A stretch of DNA of 64,000 nt from Bacilli bacterium (GTDB lineage Bacteria > Bacillota_I > Bacilli_A > RFN20 > CAG-826): contig JAFTDF010000004.1 in assembly GCA_017454295.1 (NCBI GenBank), forward strand, positions 118,776 to 182,775. The letters are read 5' to 3'. Shown piece after piece: positions 44,650-54,057 of this stretch. Below the pieces are notes generated by a model. It saw only the letters and a list, made by a program, of their open reading frames with translations, was not told the origin of the DNA and made no database searches. The stretch's first letter is position 1, and each line of letters begins with the position of its first letter. A program made the position numbers and the translations under genes.

Positions 44650-46466
44650 AAGTCAAATTCTCGACCTATTTAGCAAAATGGTTGGTGGATCATGGCATCA
44701 CCACCAACTTCACCGTTCCTGGCGGCGGCGCTATGCATTTAAACAACTCCTTTGCGGCTGAGCCGGGTTTGAAGAACGTCTTCGTCCAGCATGAGCAAGC
44801 TGCTTCCATCGCCGCCGAAGGGTATTACCGCGAATGCAATCGTCTGCCTTTGGTTTGCGTGACCACCGGCCCGGGTGGGACCAACGCCATCACCGGCGTC
44901 CTTGGCGCATGGCTGGATTCTATTCCGATGTTAGTCATTTCCGGTCAGGTCAAATGGAGCACCACCGTCGCTTCCACCGGTTACCCTATGCGGATTTTCG
45001 GCGACCAAGAATACGATATCACGAAGCCCATGGCCCATATGACCAAATACGCCATGATGCTCACCGTTCCCGAAATGGCGCTTTACCATGTCGAAAAAGC
45101 CATCTATTTGGCCACCCATGGTCGCCCTGGACCAGTGTGGCTGGATATGCCTCACAACATCCAAGCGGCGATGATTGATCCCGACGAACTCATCCACTTC
45201 AATCCCGAAGAGCTCGCCAACACCAACCCCGGACCCGTTTCCGATCAAGTCATCGATTTACTCATCGAAAAGATCAAAGCCGCCAAGCGCCCCGTGCTTT
45301 ATAGCGGCATCGAAGTCCGCACCAGCGGTGATTACAAAGCCTTCCGTCAGCTTGTGGAACGCCTCAATATTCCCGTCGTCACCAGTTTTGATGGTGTCGA
45401 TATGTTAGAAGATTGCCATCCTTTGCACGCTGGCCGCGCTGGCGATGTCGCCACGCGCTATGGCAACTGGGCCGTCCAAAATAGCGACTTCCTGCTCGTG
45501 TTAGGTTCTCGTCTAGGCATCCGTCAGGTATCCTATGCCACCAAAACCTGGGCTCGAGAAGCCTTTGTGGCGATGGTCTATCCGGATTCTTTGGAGCTCA
45601 CCAAACCCAATGTCCATGTGGAGTTGCCGATCCGTGCCACCTATCAGGATTTCCTGGCCAAAATGCTCGCAAAAGTCCAGCAGCCGATGGAAAAACGCCA
45701 AGAATGGTTGGATATCATCGCCAAATGGAAAGAAGATTACCCCTTGGTCAGCGATCAGCAAAAAGCCCAAAAAGAACCGGCGAATATCTACGCCTTCTTT
45801 GAAGCGTTCTCCAAACTCTTGCCGGAAAATACCACCACCGTTGCATCAAACGGGTCTTGTGAAGCCGTCGGCGGAGCCGCCTACCAAATGAAAAAAGGCG
45901 GACGCTTCATCATCAACTCGGGTGCCGCTTCCATGGGCTATGGTTTGCCCGCGGCCATCGGCGCCGCGTTTGCTAACGGCAAAGAAGTCATCTGCCTCGA
46001 AGGCGATGGTTCCATCCAAATGAATTTGCAGGAACTCCAAACCATGGTGTTCCATCAGTTGCCGATCAAAATCGTCCTCATCAATAACGAAGGCTACCAT
46101 TCCATGCGGCAAACCCATGCCAATCTCTTTAAGGACTATCCCGCGAATGGTATCGGGCCGGAAAGCCAAGACCTGAGCTTCCCCAATATGGAAAAAATCG
46201 CTGGTGCCTATGGCATCCCCTACTTCAAAGTCACCAAAAACGAAGAAACCGAGTCCGTCAGCAAAGCCTTCCTTGCCCACAAGGGCTATGCCTTAATGGA
46301 AGTGTTCGTGGACAAAGACCAATTCTTCTTCCCCAAGCCTTCCGCGATGCGGCTCCCCGATGGAACGCTCATCTCGCCGCCGCTTGAAGACATGGCGCCC
46401 TTCCTCCCGCGGGAAGAACTCGAAAAAATCATGATCATCCCCCTCGTTGATAACCAAAAGAAATAA
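44646..46466 (+). CDS. thiamine-diphosphate-dependent acetolactate-synthase-like enzyme (YerE-like branched-sugar-forming candidate)
   Basis: 606 aa. N-terminal Pyr domain, central TPP_enzyme_M domain and a C-terminal ThDP-binding GDGS-x24-NN motif (LEGDGSIQMNLQELQT...LINNEGY). GAGGAAAAG ribosome-binding site. Confidence 0.75.
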   Translation: MKVKFSTYLAKWLVDHGITTNFTVPGGGAMHLNNSFAAEPGLKNVFVQHEQAASIAAEGYYRECNRLPLVCVTTGPGGTNAITGVLGAWLDSIPMLVISGQVKWSTTVASTGYPMRIFGDQEYDITKPMAHMTKYAMMLTVPEMALYHVEKAIYLATHGRPGPVWLDMPHNIQAAMIDPDELIHFNPEELANTNPGPVSDQVIDLLIEKIKAAKRPVLYSGIEVRTSGDYKAFRQLVERLNIPVVTSFDGVDMLEDCHPLHAGRAGDVATRYGNWAVQNSDFLLVLGSRLGIRQVSYATKTWAREAFVAMVYPDSLELTKPNVHVELPIRATYQDFLAKMLAKVQQPMEKRQEWLDIIAKWKEDYPLVSDQQKAQKEPANIYAFFEAFSKLLPENTTTVASNGSCEAVGGAAYQMKKGGRFIINSGAASMGYGLPAAIGAAFANGKEVICLEGDGSIQMNLQELQTMVFHQLPIKIVLINNEGYHSMRQTHANLFKDYPANGIGPESQDLSFPNMEKIAGAYGIPYFKVTKNEETESVSKAFLAHKGYALMEVFVDKDQFFFPKPSAMRLPDGTLISPPLEDMAPFLPREELEKIMIIPLVDNQKK

Positions 46467-46476
46467 GGAGAATCCC

Positions 46477-47484
46477 ATGAACATCACCGTACTTGATTGC
46501 ACCCTTCGCGACGGTTGCTATATCTGCAACTCCAACTTTGGCGCGGACACCATTCGCGGCATCATTCAAAAACTCGAACAAGCCGGCACCGAAATCATCG
46601 AAATCGGCTGGCTGAAAGACAAAGCCCATACCCCGGGGACCGCCTTCTATCATTTACCCGAAGACGCTAAGCAATACATGGGCAAGAAAGACCCCCACTT
46701 CTCTTATGTCGTGATGATCGACTGGGACCGTTATAACCTCGACAATTTACCCGTCAATGACGGCACCGCGATCGATGCGATCCGTGTGGTCTTCCCCCAC
46801 GGCAAACATCATGAAGGCATCGAAGTCGGCAAAGCCGTGAAAGCCAAAGGCTATGACCTTTATCTGCAAGCCGCCAACACGCTTGCGTATAGCAACGAAG
46901 ACCTCATCGATCTTTGTGCTTGCATCAACGAAGCCAAACCCATCGCCATTTCCATCGTCGATACCTTTGGAGCCATGTATCCCGAAGACCTGAAGCGTAT
47001 CGCCGAAGTGATGGATGCCCATTTGGATCCGGAAATCAAAATCGGATTCCATTCCCATAACAACCAGCAATTGTCTTTTGCCCTTTCCATCCAATTTGCG
47101 GAAATGTTCCAAAACTCCAAGCGGGACATCATGATCGATGCTTCCTTGACCGGCATGGGCCGCGGCGCGGGCAACACCACCACCGAATTGCTCATCTCTT
47201 ACCTCAACCGCAAGCAAGGCAAGAACTACGACATGAATGCGATTCTTGCCGCGATCGACCAATATATGGTCCCTCTGCAAAAACAATACGAATGGGGTTA
47301 TTCCATTCCTTACTTCATCTCCGGCACCCACTGCGCCCACGTCAATAACTTGGCTTACCTCCTTGAGAAGCATCAAGCCAGCAACGAAGACATCTGGGAC
47401 ACGTTTGAAAACGAGAAACCCGAAGATCGTCTCAAATACGATTACGACGTGCTCGAAGCCTGCTATCAATCTCGGAAAAAATAA
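46477..47484 (+). CDS. HMGL-like (DRE-TIM metallolyase) aldolase/synthase
   Basis: N-terminal LDCTLRDGCY, as in 4-hydroxy-2-oxovalerate aldolase / isopropylmalate-synthase-like enzymes. HSHNN metal site. AAGGAG ribosome-binding site. Confidence 0.7.
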   Translation: MNITVLDCTLRDGCYICNSNFGADTIRGIIQKLEQAGTEIIEIGWLKDKAHTPGTAFYHLPEDAKQYMGKKDPHFSYVVMIDWDRYNLDNLPVNDGTAIDAIRVVFPHGKHHEGIEVGKAVKAKGYDLYLQAANTLAYSNEDLIDLCACINEAKPIAISIVDTFGAMYPEDLKRIAEVMDAHLDPEIKIGFHSHNNQQLSFALSIQFAEMFQNSKRDIMIDASLTGMGRGAGNTTTELLISYLNRKQGKNYDMNAILAAIDQYMVPLQKQYEWGYSIPYFISGTHCAHVNNLAYLLEKHQASNEDIWDTFENEKPEDRLKYDYDVLEACYQSRKK

Positions 47485-48120
47485 ATGAAAGTCTTTTACG
47501 ATTTGGATGGGACGTTGCTCGACTCTAAGGGTGAAATCGTCTACACGATTGAAAAAGCTTTGGAGGAGAATGGCTTTTCTCTTGCCGATGCGATCCATCC
47601 GATTCGTATCGGTCCGCCCCTGAAGCAGATTCTTTTGAATTCCTATCCAGAAGGTTTCTTTTCGGAAGAGGACCTTGCCAAAATCAACCGTTCCATGCGG
47701 CGGATTTACGATAGTTCCGATTACCATATGACCCCGCCCTACCCAGGAGTGGTAGAACTTTTGGCTACCACCCCCTACGAGAGTTATGTGCTGACGAATA
47801 AGCCGCACTCCGCCACCGATCGGATAGTGGAAATCAAGGGGTGGTCCAAGTATTTCAAAGGGATCTTTGTTCCCGACTCCTCCAAAGGAGAGAGCAAGGA
47901 AACGATTCTGCGGGACCTCAAAAAACAATTCCCAAACGAGACGATCGTAATGGTTGGCGACACCATCAGTGACACGGGCTCCGCCCAAAAAGCTGGCGTG
48001 AAAGCCGTTGGCGTCCTTTGGGGCGAAGGAACGAAAGAAGAGCTGCTTCCTACGGAACCGGACTATTGTGTTTCGTCCTTAGACGACTTAAAACGAGCTC
48101 TGATCGAATTGGCTAGATAA
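47485..48120 (+). CDS. HAD-superfamily phosphatase (phosphoglycolate-phosphatase-like subfamily IA)
   Basis: YDLDGTLLDS motif I, T/S motif II and GDTISD motif III. The ATG abuts the aldolase stop. Confidence 0.75.
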   Translation: MKVFYDLDGTLLDSKGEIVYTIEKALEENGFSLADAIHPIRIGPPLKQILLNSYPEGFFSEEDLAKINRSMRRIYDSSDYHMTPPYPGVVELLATTPYESYVLTNKPHSATDRIVEIKGWSKYFKGIFVPDSSKGESKETILRDLKKQFPNETIVMVGDTISDTGSAQKAGVKAVGVLWGEGTKEELLPTEPDYCVSSLDDLKRALIELAR

Positions 48121-48141
48121 TCGAAAATAGCGGCAACCTTT

Positions 48142-49965
48142 TCACCCGCCAAAGGAAACGATATAGAGTCCTAAATCGCGAATATCTGCGCCCGTGCCTT
48201 CCTTGGAAGGGTTATAGGTAAAATCAGGCAACAGCTGAATTGTATTCATTTGGCCTTTTTTGATAGGCAAATCATAATCGAAACCGCCTTCGATCGAATA
48301 ATGGGTCAGGACAATCTCTCCGTTAACGATGGCGGTCACGCCATTGGCCGGACGATTGGGAAAACGGACATCTTCAATTTGAACATTCAAGGTTTCTCGG
48401 TCTCCATAAACAAGGGTCTCAAAAGAAGCGAGGGTCCATTTGGTCAAAATGTTTTTCCTACTGGCATTTTGAACATAAGTAACCGCCCCTCCTCGAACCA
48501 TGTATAAGGCGATACTTGGGTTTCCGGATGCATATTGTGAGATTTGATCTAAGTCAACGAGGTGCCACTTCTCCAAATCCCATTGCGGAATGAGCCCACC
48601 CAAAGAATTTTGGCTTTGGCGATCGGCGGCCACCAATAGTTCCGTCGCGCCCAACGCCTTGTAATGGTCCAAAATGGAATGCTGGAAATAAAGAGCCTGA
48701 TCGGCGCCGTCGTCGATGTAATAATGGACCTTATTATTGATGGTGTAAACGCCGGTTCCAATGACACCAAGAGCCACCAGCAAAGATAAACCAAACGAAA
48801 TATAGGGCCGCGGTTTTTGGTAGATGGGGCCAGAGGCGTCGGTGCCCTTCTTTTTTATCTCCAAATACGAGCAAAGATTGGCAATCGAGAATGCGCAAAG
48901 CGCAAACAAGAACATTTGACTCGTAAACATCCATCGCGGCTCGACACGGCCGGTGGAAACCGACCCACCGGCAGCAGTGAAACCGTAGAACACCCCGATG
49001 GCAAGGAAGATAAAGGAGTTTGCGAACCGCTTCTTTTTTAGATCCAAAACAAAGAGAACCAATCCCATCAAGACGATGGCCAAAAGCAGAATTCCCGTGG
49101 CCGCGAAAACAAAGCGATGCCAATCATCCAGCATGGCATTGGTAACGCCGGAAAGATACCAGACATCATCGTAGAGAGTGAATGTATTGACGAGCAGTTT
49201 AAAGAAGTTTCGGAAAATCGAAGCGATATCCCAGACAATGGACGCACCCGTAGCGGCCATTAAGGTGCCACGGGAAATCCAAAGCCGATCCACCAAGAAA
49301 ACGGCAACAATGCCCGCGGAAATCCCGGCGAATAGCAATTTCCGTTTCCAACCCGCAAAACCAATGAGAGCGGCAATGACAGGGACGGCAAACAAAAGGA
49401 TATAACGTTCGTGGGACCAACAAGCAAGCAACGTAAAAACGGCGCTCAAGACCAGCCAAACCCCATGGCCCCGATTCCGAATGAAACGGATCATAAAGAA
49501 TAATGCTAGCGCGGCCATACCCAAGGCCAAGGATTCCATGATGCCGAAATACCCGGCGTAATAGTACCAATTCAGTCGCGAGAATAACGCGGCGGCAGAG
49601 AAGATGGCGGCTAAAAGGCAGGAACCGCTCGCCTCTTTAAAAAGAATGAACAACGCTACGATGGTAAGGGCAAAGAACAACGATGCATAGACAAGCAATG
49701 GAGTTGTGGCATGGCCGAACATCGTAAACCCGAGCCCCATGAAAAATGCGGTAACTGGCCGGTGATCGAAAAAGAAATATTCAAAAAAGTTATATTTGGT
49801 AAATAGGACATATTCGTTCCCATCGTCGATGATGAGATAGGAGGTTGGGAAAAAATGATGGGAAAGCGTCCAGATCGTCGGCCAAAGCACAGCAATGGCG
49901 GCAACAAAGCCAATGCCATACCAGAACCACCGGTTACGTACGATCTTCAAAAGGCCATCACGCAT
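48142..49965 (-). CDS. polytopic membrane protein with a C-terminal extracytoplasmic domain (GT-C-like glycosyltransferase/oligosaccharyltransferase candidate)
   Basis: About 11 TM helices, then a soluble domain of about 230 aa. The ATG at M12 has GGGAGA 10 nt upstream. The TTG track start was rejected. Confidence 0.55.
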   Translation of the reverse strand: MRDGLLKIVRNRWFWYGIGFVAAIAVLWPTIWTLSHHFFPTSYLIIDDGNEYVLFTKYNFFEYFFFDHRPVTAFFMGLGFTMFGHATTPLLVYASLFFALTIVALFILFKEASGSCLLAAIFSAAALFSRLNWYYYAGYFGIMESLALGMAALALFFMIRFIRNRGHGVWLVLSAVFTLLACWSHERYILLFAVPVIAALIGFAGWKRKLLFAGISAGIVAVFLVDRLWISRGTLMAATGASIVWDIASIFRNFFKLLVNTFTLYDDVWYLSGVTNAMLDDWHRFVFAATGILLLAIVLMGLVLFVLDLKKKRFANSFIFLAIGVFYGFTAAGGSVSTGRVEPRWMFTSQMFLFALCAFSIANLCSYLEIKKKGTDASGPIYQKPRPYISFGLSLLVALGVIGTGVYTINNKVHYYIDDGADQALYFQHSILDHYKALGATELLVAADRQSQNSLGGLIPQWDLEKWHLVDLDQISQYASGNPSIALYMVRGGAVTYVQNASRKNILTKWTLASFETLVYGDRETLNVQIEDVRFPNRPANGVTAIVNGEIVLTHYSIEGGFDYDLPIKKGQMNTIQLLPDFTYNPSKEGTGADIRDLGLYIVSFGG

Positions 49966-51166
49966 GGGGCGATGTCTCCCGACGACGATGAATCGCAAAC
50001 TCTATGGGGTTGACGATTAAAAGCAAAGCCTCCGCCACAAGCGAAGCAGCAAGGAACATCTCGCCATAATAGAACTGTTTCCCATGATGGAACCCGAATA
50101 AGAACAACATCAGAATCAACGAGGGGAGATAGCGTAAAGTGCGCCACTGATTACGGCTGCAAATCAAGAGCAGGAAAACGGGCAGGCAATAGGCGCAAGA
50201 ATAGGTGCCGGCGGTCCCCGGGAAGAACATCATTGCAAGAAAACACACCAAGGCCGATTCATAATCTTCCTTCGTGAAGAACAAAGCCAAGAGCACCACT
50301 ACCAAAAGCGCCAATTGCAAGATGGTGGCCCCAGTTCCTTGGATTGCGCCATTTCCAATGAAAAGCATCACAATATTTGAGAGGAACGGATTGGTGGTTT
50401 GTCCTTCCGAAAATAGAAATACCTGGCGAATTAGCAAATAGCAGCCTTCCGCTCCACCGTATACTACAAAAGGCACAAAGAACAGTAGCATGGAATAAAC
50501 CGCGGTTTTCACAAAACCGATGTAGTCTTTTTTCTTCAATAGAAAAAACGCAAAGACAACGGGATAGATTTTAATGGTAATTGAAAGGGCCAAGGCGAAA
50601 ATTGACAATTCGCGAACCCACGCCTTGTCGTGATCCCGGTAAGCAAAGAAAGCGACCAATAGCACGACGGAGGCAAGCAAAACGTTCCCCCGTTCAAAAG
50701 CGTAAAGCAAGGGATATGAGATCAGACAAAGGAGGAACACGAGCAAAGAAACGCCTTTTCTTTCGTTCCGGAGCAAGCGCCGAATGGAAAAATACAAAAC
50801 GATGGCGCAGGTTAGGAAGAATAACGTCAACTCAATCATGGCCGGGGCACATTGCCGCATCAAATAGCGCTGTTCAAAGGGGAGGCGAAGGATATTATCC
50901 GGCACGAATTTACTCATGAAATGGAAATACAGCGCCACCAACGGAGGGTAAATCGTGTGGTATTCCGTATAAGTGTTAAGTTCGGCATTATCGCGGACCG
51001 AATTCAAGTAGTCCATGAAGATATCCGCGCCACCATAGAAGAATACATCGGCATAAAAATTCTTATTGGTGAGCACGCCGGCGACAAAAACACTGACGAA
51101 AGAAGTGGCAAGAAGGATGGCCATCACCAGCAAGAACACCAAAGAAGGTTTCACATATTTCCTCAT
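49958..51166 (-). CDS. DUF2029/GT87-like polytopic membrane glycosyltransferase candidate (paralogue of 58177..59442)
   Basis: Shared motifs with the paralogue: FERGN, KIYPVVF, LLKKK. Confidence 0.55.
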   Translation of the reverse strand: MRKYVKPSLVFLLVMAILLATSFVSVFVAGVLTNKNFYADVFFYGGADIFMDYLNSVRDNAELNTYTEYHTIYPPLVALYFHFMSKFVPDNILRLPFEQRYLMRQCAPAMIELTLFFLTCAIVLYFSIRRLLRNERKGVSLLVFLLCLISYPLLYAFERGNVLLASVVLLVAFFAYRDHDKAWVRELSIFALALSITIKIYPVVFAFFLLKKKDYIGFVKTAVYSMLLFFVPFVVYGGAEGCYLLIRQVFLFSEGQTTNPFLSNIVMLFIGNGAIQGTGATILQLALLVVVLLALFFTKEDYESALVCFLAMMFFPGTAGTYSCAYCLPVFLLLICSRNQWRTLRYLPSLILMLFLFGFHHGKQFYYGEMFLAASLVAEALLLIVNPIEFAIHRRRETSPHA

Positions 51167-52950
51167 TGGACCCCTCCTTTAAAATTCATGCTGGTAAGGA
51201 AAAAATACAACGGACGGATGTCCTCGGTTTCCTCAACCTTTTTATCAAAAATGCATTGGATAAAATAATTCTCGTTTTTATTGAAGTTAGGCAAAGACAC
51301 CTCGTTTTGGTTTTCGGTGCAAGCAGCATGATATTTCTCCACTCCGTCGACATAAATCGTCATCGTACCGCCGAATTGTGCATCGGTAATGAACCAATGG
51401 AAGAACAGGGTCTCGCTATCTCCAGAGTTCAAAAGCACACGGAAATTCTCGCCACACCAATGGTCAAATGCCGGATCCTGGGGCGCTTGATACCCGCTTA
51501 ATCCGTAATAATAACCCGTTGTATAAAAATCATTGGTGATTGGGGCGGTAGAGAACATATCAAAACGGTTCTTACGCAGGGTGGTGACGTAATTAAAGGA
51601 CTCTTGTTGGTTCAAGCCGATGCAACTGTTTCCTTCGTCGTCAACCGCAATATCAGCCGGCTTGCCCGCCGTTTTTAAAGCATATAAGGCTTGAGGATCC
51701 GAGTTCCAAAAACCATAACGGGCCGTCCCATAGGAACCAAGGGCAGACACCGAGACGCAAATCGCTAAGAGAACCGCCCCGCAACCAACGAGCAAATTGG
51801 TCCGATCTTTTTTTCCTTCGCGGGCTGGCCGATGGGAGAAGAAAGTTTTGAGGTCGCAAGCACAAAGCGTGGCACCGGCAAGGAAAAACAACGTGAATGC
51901 CGCATCGTAATCGTTGGCCATAGGATGGGCATTGAATAAACCGTGCCACAAACACAGGGAAATCAGTCCGATTTTCGCCAAAAAGGGAACCAGCGAATCG
52001 GCAAGCCCACGACGGACATCCAAAACGCAACAAGCCACGAGGCAGGCAAACATAATGGAACCAAAGAGAATAATCCCAACGTGGATGAGTTTCGCCAAAA
52101 GCTGAAGAGCCGCGATATCCGTCTTCCAAATCGTTAGGCTCCCGAACGAATTCGGCGCCAAAGAAGAGAGGACGTTGAGTAGATAATCTTTGAAAGAGAA
52201 GTCAGAAAAGCTGGGTAAAAGCGAAGAACCGGATGCCCAATAAATCGATTGATGGGCAATAAAAAGGATTGCCGAAACGGCGAAAAGAATGAGCGCGTTG
52301 CGCCGTCTTAGGCCTTTTACCCACGAGTAGACCAAATAAGCAAAACCCATCAGTAAGGCGATGAATGTGAAGCTTGATGCAAGCAAGAAACAGGAAAGCA
52401 CCGAGAAAGCACAAGGGAGGATCCAGTATTTAAGACGCGGGTTCTCATTGGACAAGAAGCGTCGTAATGACCAGAAATAACCTAGCAAAACAAGCGCGGA
52501 GAGATAAAGATAAGGGCCGGAAGGGGAACTGTTTCCGTTGAGTGGGTTAAAGAAGACAAAGCCGAAGAAAAACAGGCCGACGACCCGCAAGTAGAAAGGT
52601 GTTTGTTCGCCGATTAATAGCCGACCGGCAAAAATCCAATATAAGATGGCCAATACCACATAGATCAAGGCAAGGCCGAAACGGAAAAAGCCTGAGGGTC
52701 CTAACCAGCGGATGAACGGTTCGAAAAAAAGCAATCCGTTCCCTTGGGAAGTCCATAGACCGTTATTCTCAGAAATCGCATGGAACCATCCCTGCGTTTC
52801 AGGGATTGCGAAGAAAAAATAAAGGAAAGTTCCGATTCCGAAAACCAGGGCGGAAAGAAGCCAGAGGAAGGGCTCTTTCTTAAGGTGGCTTAGGAAAGAC
52901 GTCCAACAAGTGACTAAACTGGGTTTTTGTGGCAAATCAGTCGTCGTCAT
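51163..52950 (-). CDS. polytopic membrane protein with a C-terminal extracytoplasmic domain (GT-C-like)
   Basis: 595 aa; GAGGAGGAGAGG ribosome-binding site. Similar architecture to 48142..49965. Confidence 0.55.
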   Translation of the reverse strand: MTTTDLPQKPSLVTCWTSFLSHLKKEPFLWLLSALVFGIGTFLYFFFAIPETQGWFHAISENNGLWTSQGNGLLFFEPFIRWLGPSGFFRFGLALIYVVLAILYWIFAGRLLIGEQTPFYLRVVGLFFFGFVFFNPLNGNSSPSGPYLYLSALVLLGYFWSLRRFLSNENPRLKYWILPCAFSVLSCFLLASSFTFIALLMGFAYLVYSWVKGLRRRNALILFAVSAILFIAHQSIYWASGSSLLPSFSDFSFKDYLLNVLSSLAPNSFGSLTIWKTDIAALQLLAKLIHVGIILFGSIMFACLVACCVLDVRRGLADSLVPFLAKIGLISLCLWHGLFNAHPMANDYDAAFTLFFLAGATLCACDLKTFFSHRPAREGKKDRTNLLVGCGAVLLAICVSVSALGSYGTARYGFWNSDPQALYALKTAGKPADIAVDDEGNSCIGLNQQESFNYVTTLRKNRFDMFSTAPITNDFYTTGYYYGLSGYQAPQDPAFDHWCGENFRVLLNSGDSETLFFHWFITDAQFGGTMTIYVDGVEKYHAACTENQNEVSLPNFNKNENYFIQCIFDKKVEETEDIRPLYFFLTSMNFKGGVQ

Positions 52951-53899
52951 TGATCCTCTCCTCCTCTACGACGAAAGGCCGATGGAGGACACGCGTGTTG
53001 ATTTGCAAGACATATTCGCCCACCATGCCCAAGAAGAAGAGGATGATGCCGGTGAAGATGGCCGAGGAAGTAATAATCGGATAAACAATGCTCGGATGGG
53101 CGGTGCCATTGGCGATCGCGATAAAAAGGAACACCAGATACACCACAAGGCCGGCAAAGCCAAGGAATCCGAGGAACGCGCCGACAAACGTGGCGATGCG
53201 GACGAAGAACTTGGTATAAGAAGTGATGCCATTCATGGCCATGTCGTAAAGGGTACCGAAATTGTTGTGGCTCTTGCCGGCACGACGTTCGGGTTGGACA
53301 TATTCAATGCGGGTCATCTTGTAGCCGAGTTCGGCAACGATGCCACGCATATAGGGGTAAGGATCGTCGAGGCCGGCCAACACCTGAATAAAACTTTGGT
53401 CATACAGCCCAAAACCCGTGAAATTCTCGATTTGTTCAACATCGGAGATCCGGTGGATAATGTGGTAATAAAGCTTCCGGATGGCGTGCACGATGGGGTT
53501 GGTTTTGCTCTTTTTCTTCGTGCCGACGATGACACGATAGCCTTCTTCCCATTTATGGACGAACTCGGGAATTAATTCCGGGGGGTCTTGGAAGTCGGCG
53601 CACATCAGCATCACCAAATCGCCCTTAGCTTGCGTTAGCGCATGATAGGGAGAACGGATATGCCCGAAGTTTTTGGCATTAAAAATGCAACGTACGTCTT
53701 TGTCCTCTGCGCAAATCTCACGCAATAAAGCCCGTGTATTATCGGTAGAGCAGTTATCAATAAAAAGGATTTTGGTCCGATAATTCGGTAATTGTTCGTT
53801 GGTGACCCGACGAATTTCGGCCACTAAAGGTTTGACGTTTTCCTCTTCGTTGTAGCAGCCAATAACGATCTCCAATGTCTTTTTAGTTTCTTGGTCCAT
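52937..53899 (-). CDS. GT2 polyprenyl-phosphate glycosyltransferase (GtrB/DPM1-like) with two C-terminal TM helices
   Basis: DxD (IDNCSTD), a DPM1-like catalytic core, and a C-terminal membrane anchor. Confidence 0.85.
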   Translation of the reverse strand: MDQETKKTLEIVIGCYNEEENVKPLVAEIRRVTNEQLPNYRTKILFIDNCSTDNTRALLREICAEDKDVRCIFNAKNFGHIRSPYHALTQAKGDLVMLMCADFQDPPELIPEFVHKWEEGYRVIVGTKKKSKTNPIVHAIRKLYYHIIHRISDVEQIENFTGFGLYDQSFIQVLAGLDDPYPYMRGIVAELGYKMTRIEYVQPERRAGKSHNNFGTLYDMAMNGITSYTKFFVRIATFVGAFLGFLGFAGLVVYLVFLFIAIANGTAHPSIVYPIITSSAIFTGIILFFLGMVGEYVLQINTRVLHRPFVVEEERINDDD

Positions 53900-54057
53900 A
53901 AGAATTCCGGTGAATATTTATATTCAATAACTCCGGATAGACTATGGCACAAAACAGCATCAATGCCAAGACAAACCTGAGCACAAGATGCCAAGGAGGA
54001 GACCCAATATGGTTTTCATCGTCCGCAACTGCGCTTTTTTGATAAACTATCGGCGAA

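Noticed and set aside
46747-47988. 413-aa minus-strand ORF
   Set aside because: It is fully antisense to the aldolase and HAD genes, which have clear motifs and RBSs. The GC-rich antisense frame stays open by chance, and its composition is low-complexity (V/G/D-rich).
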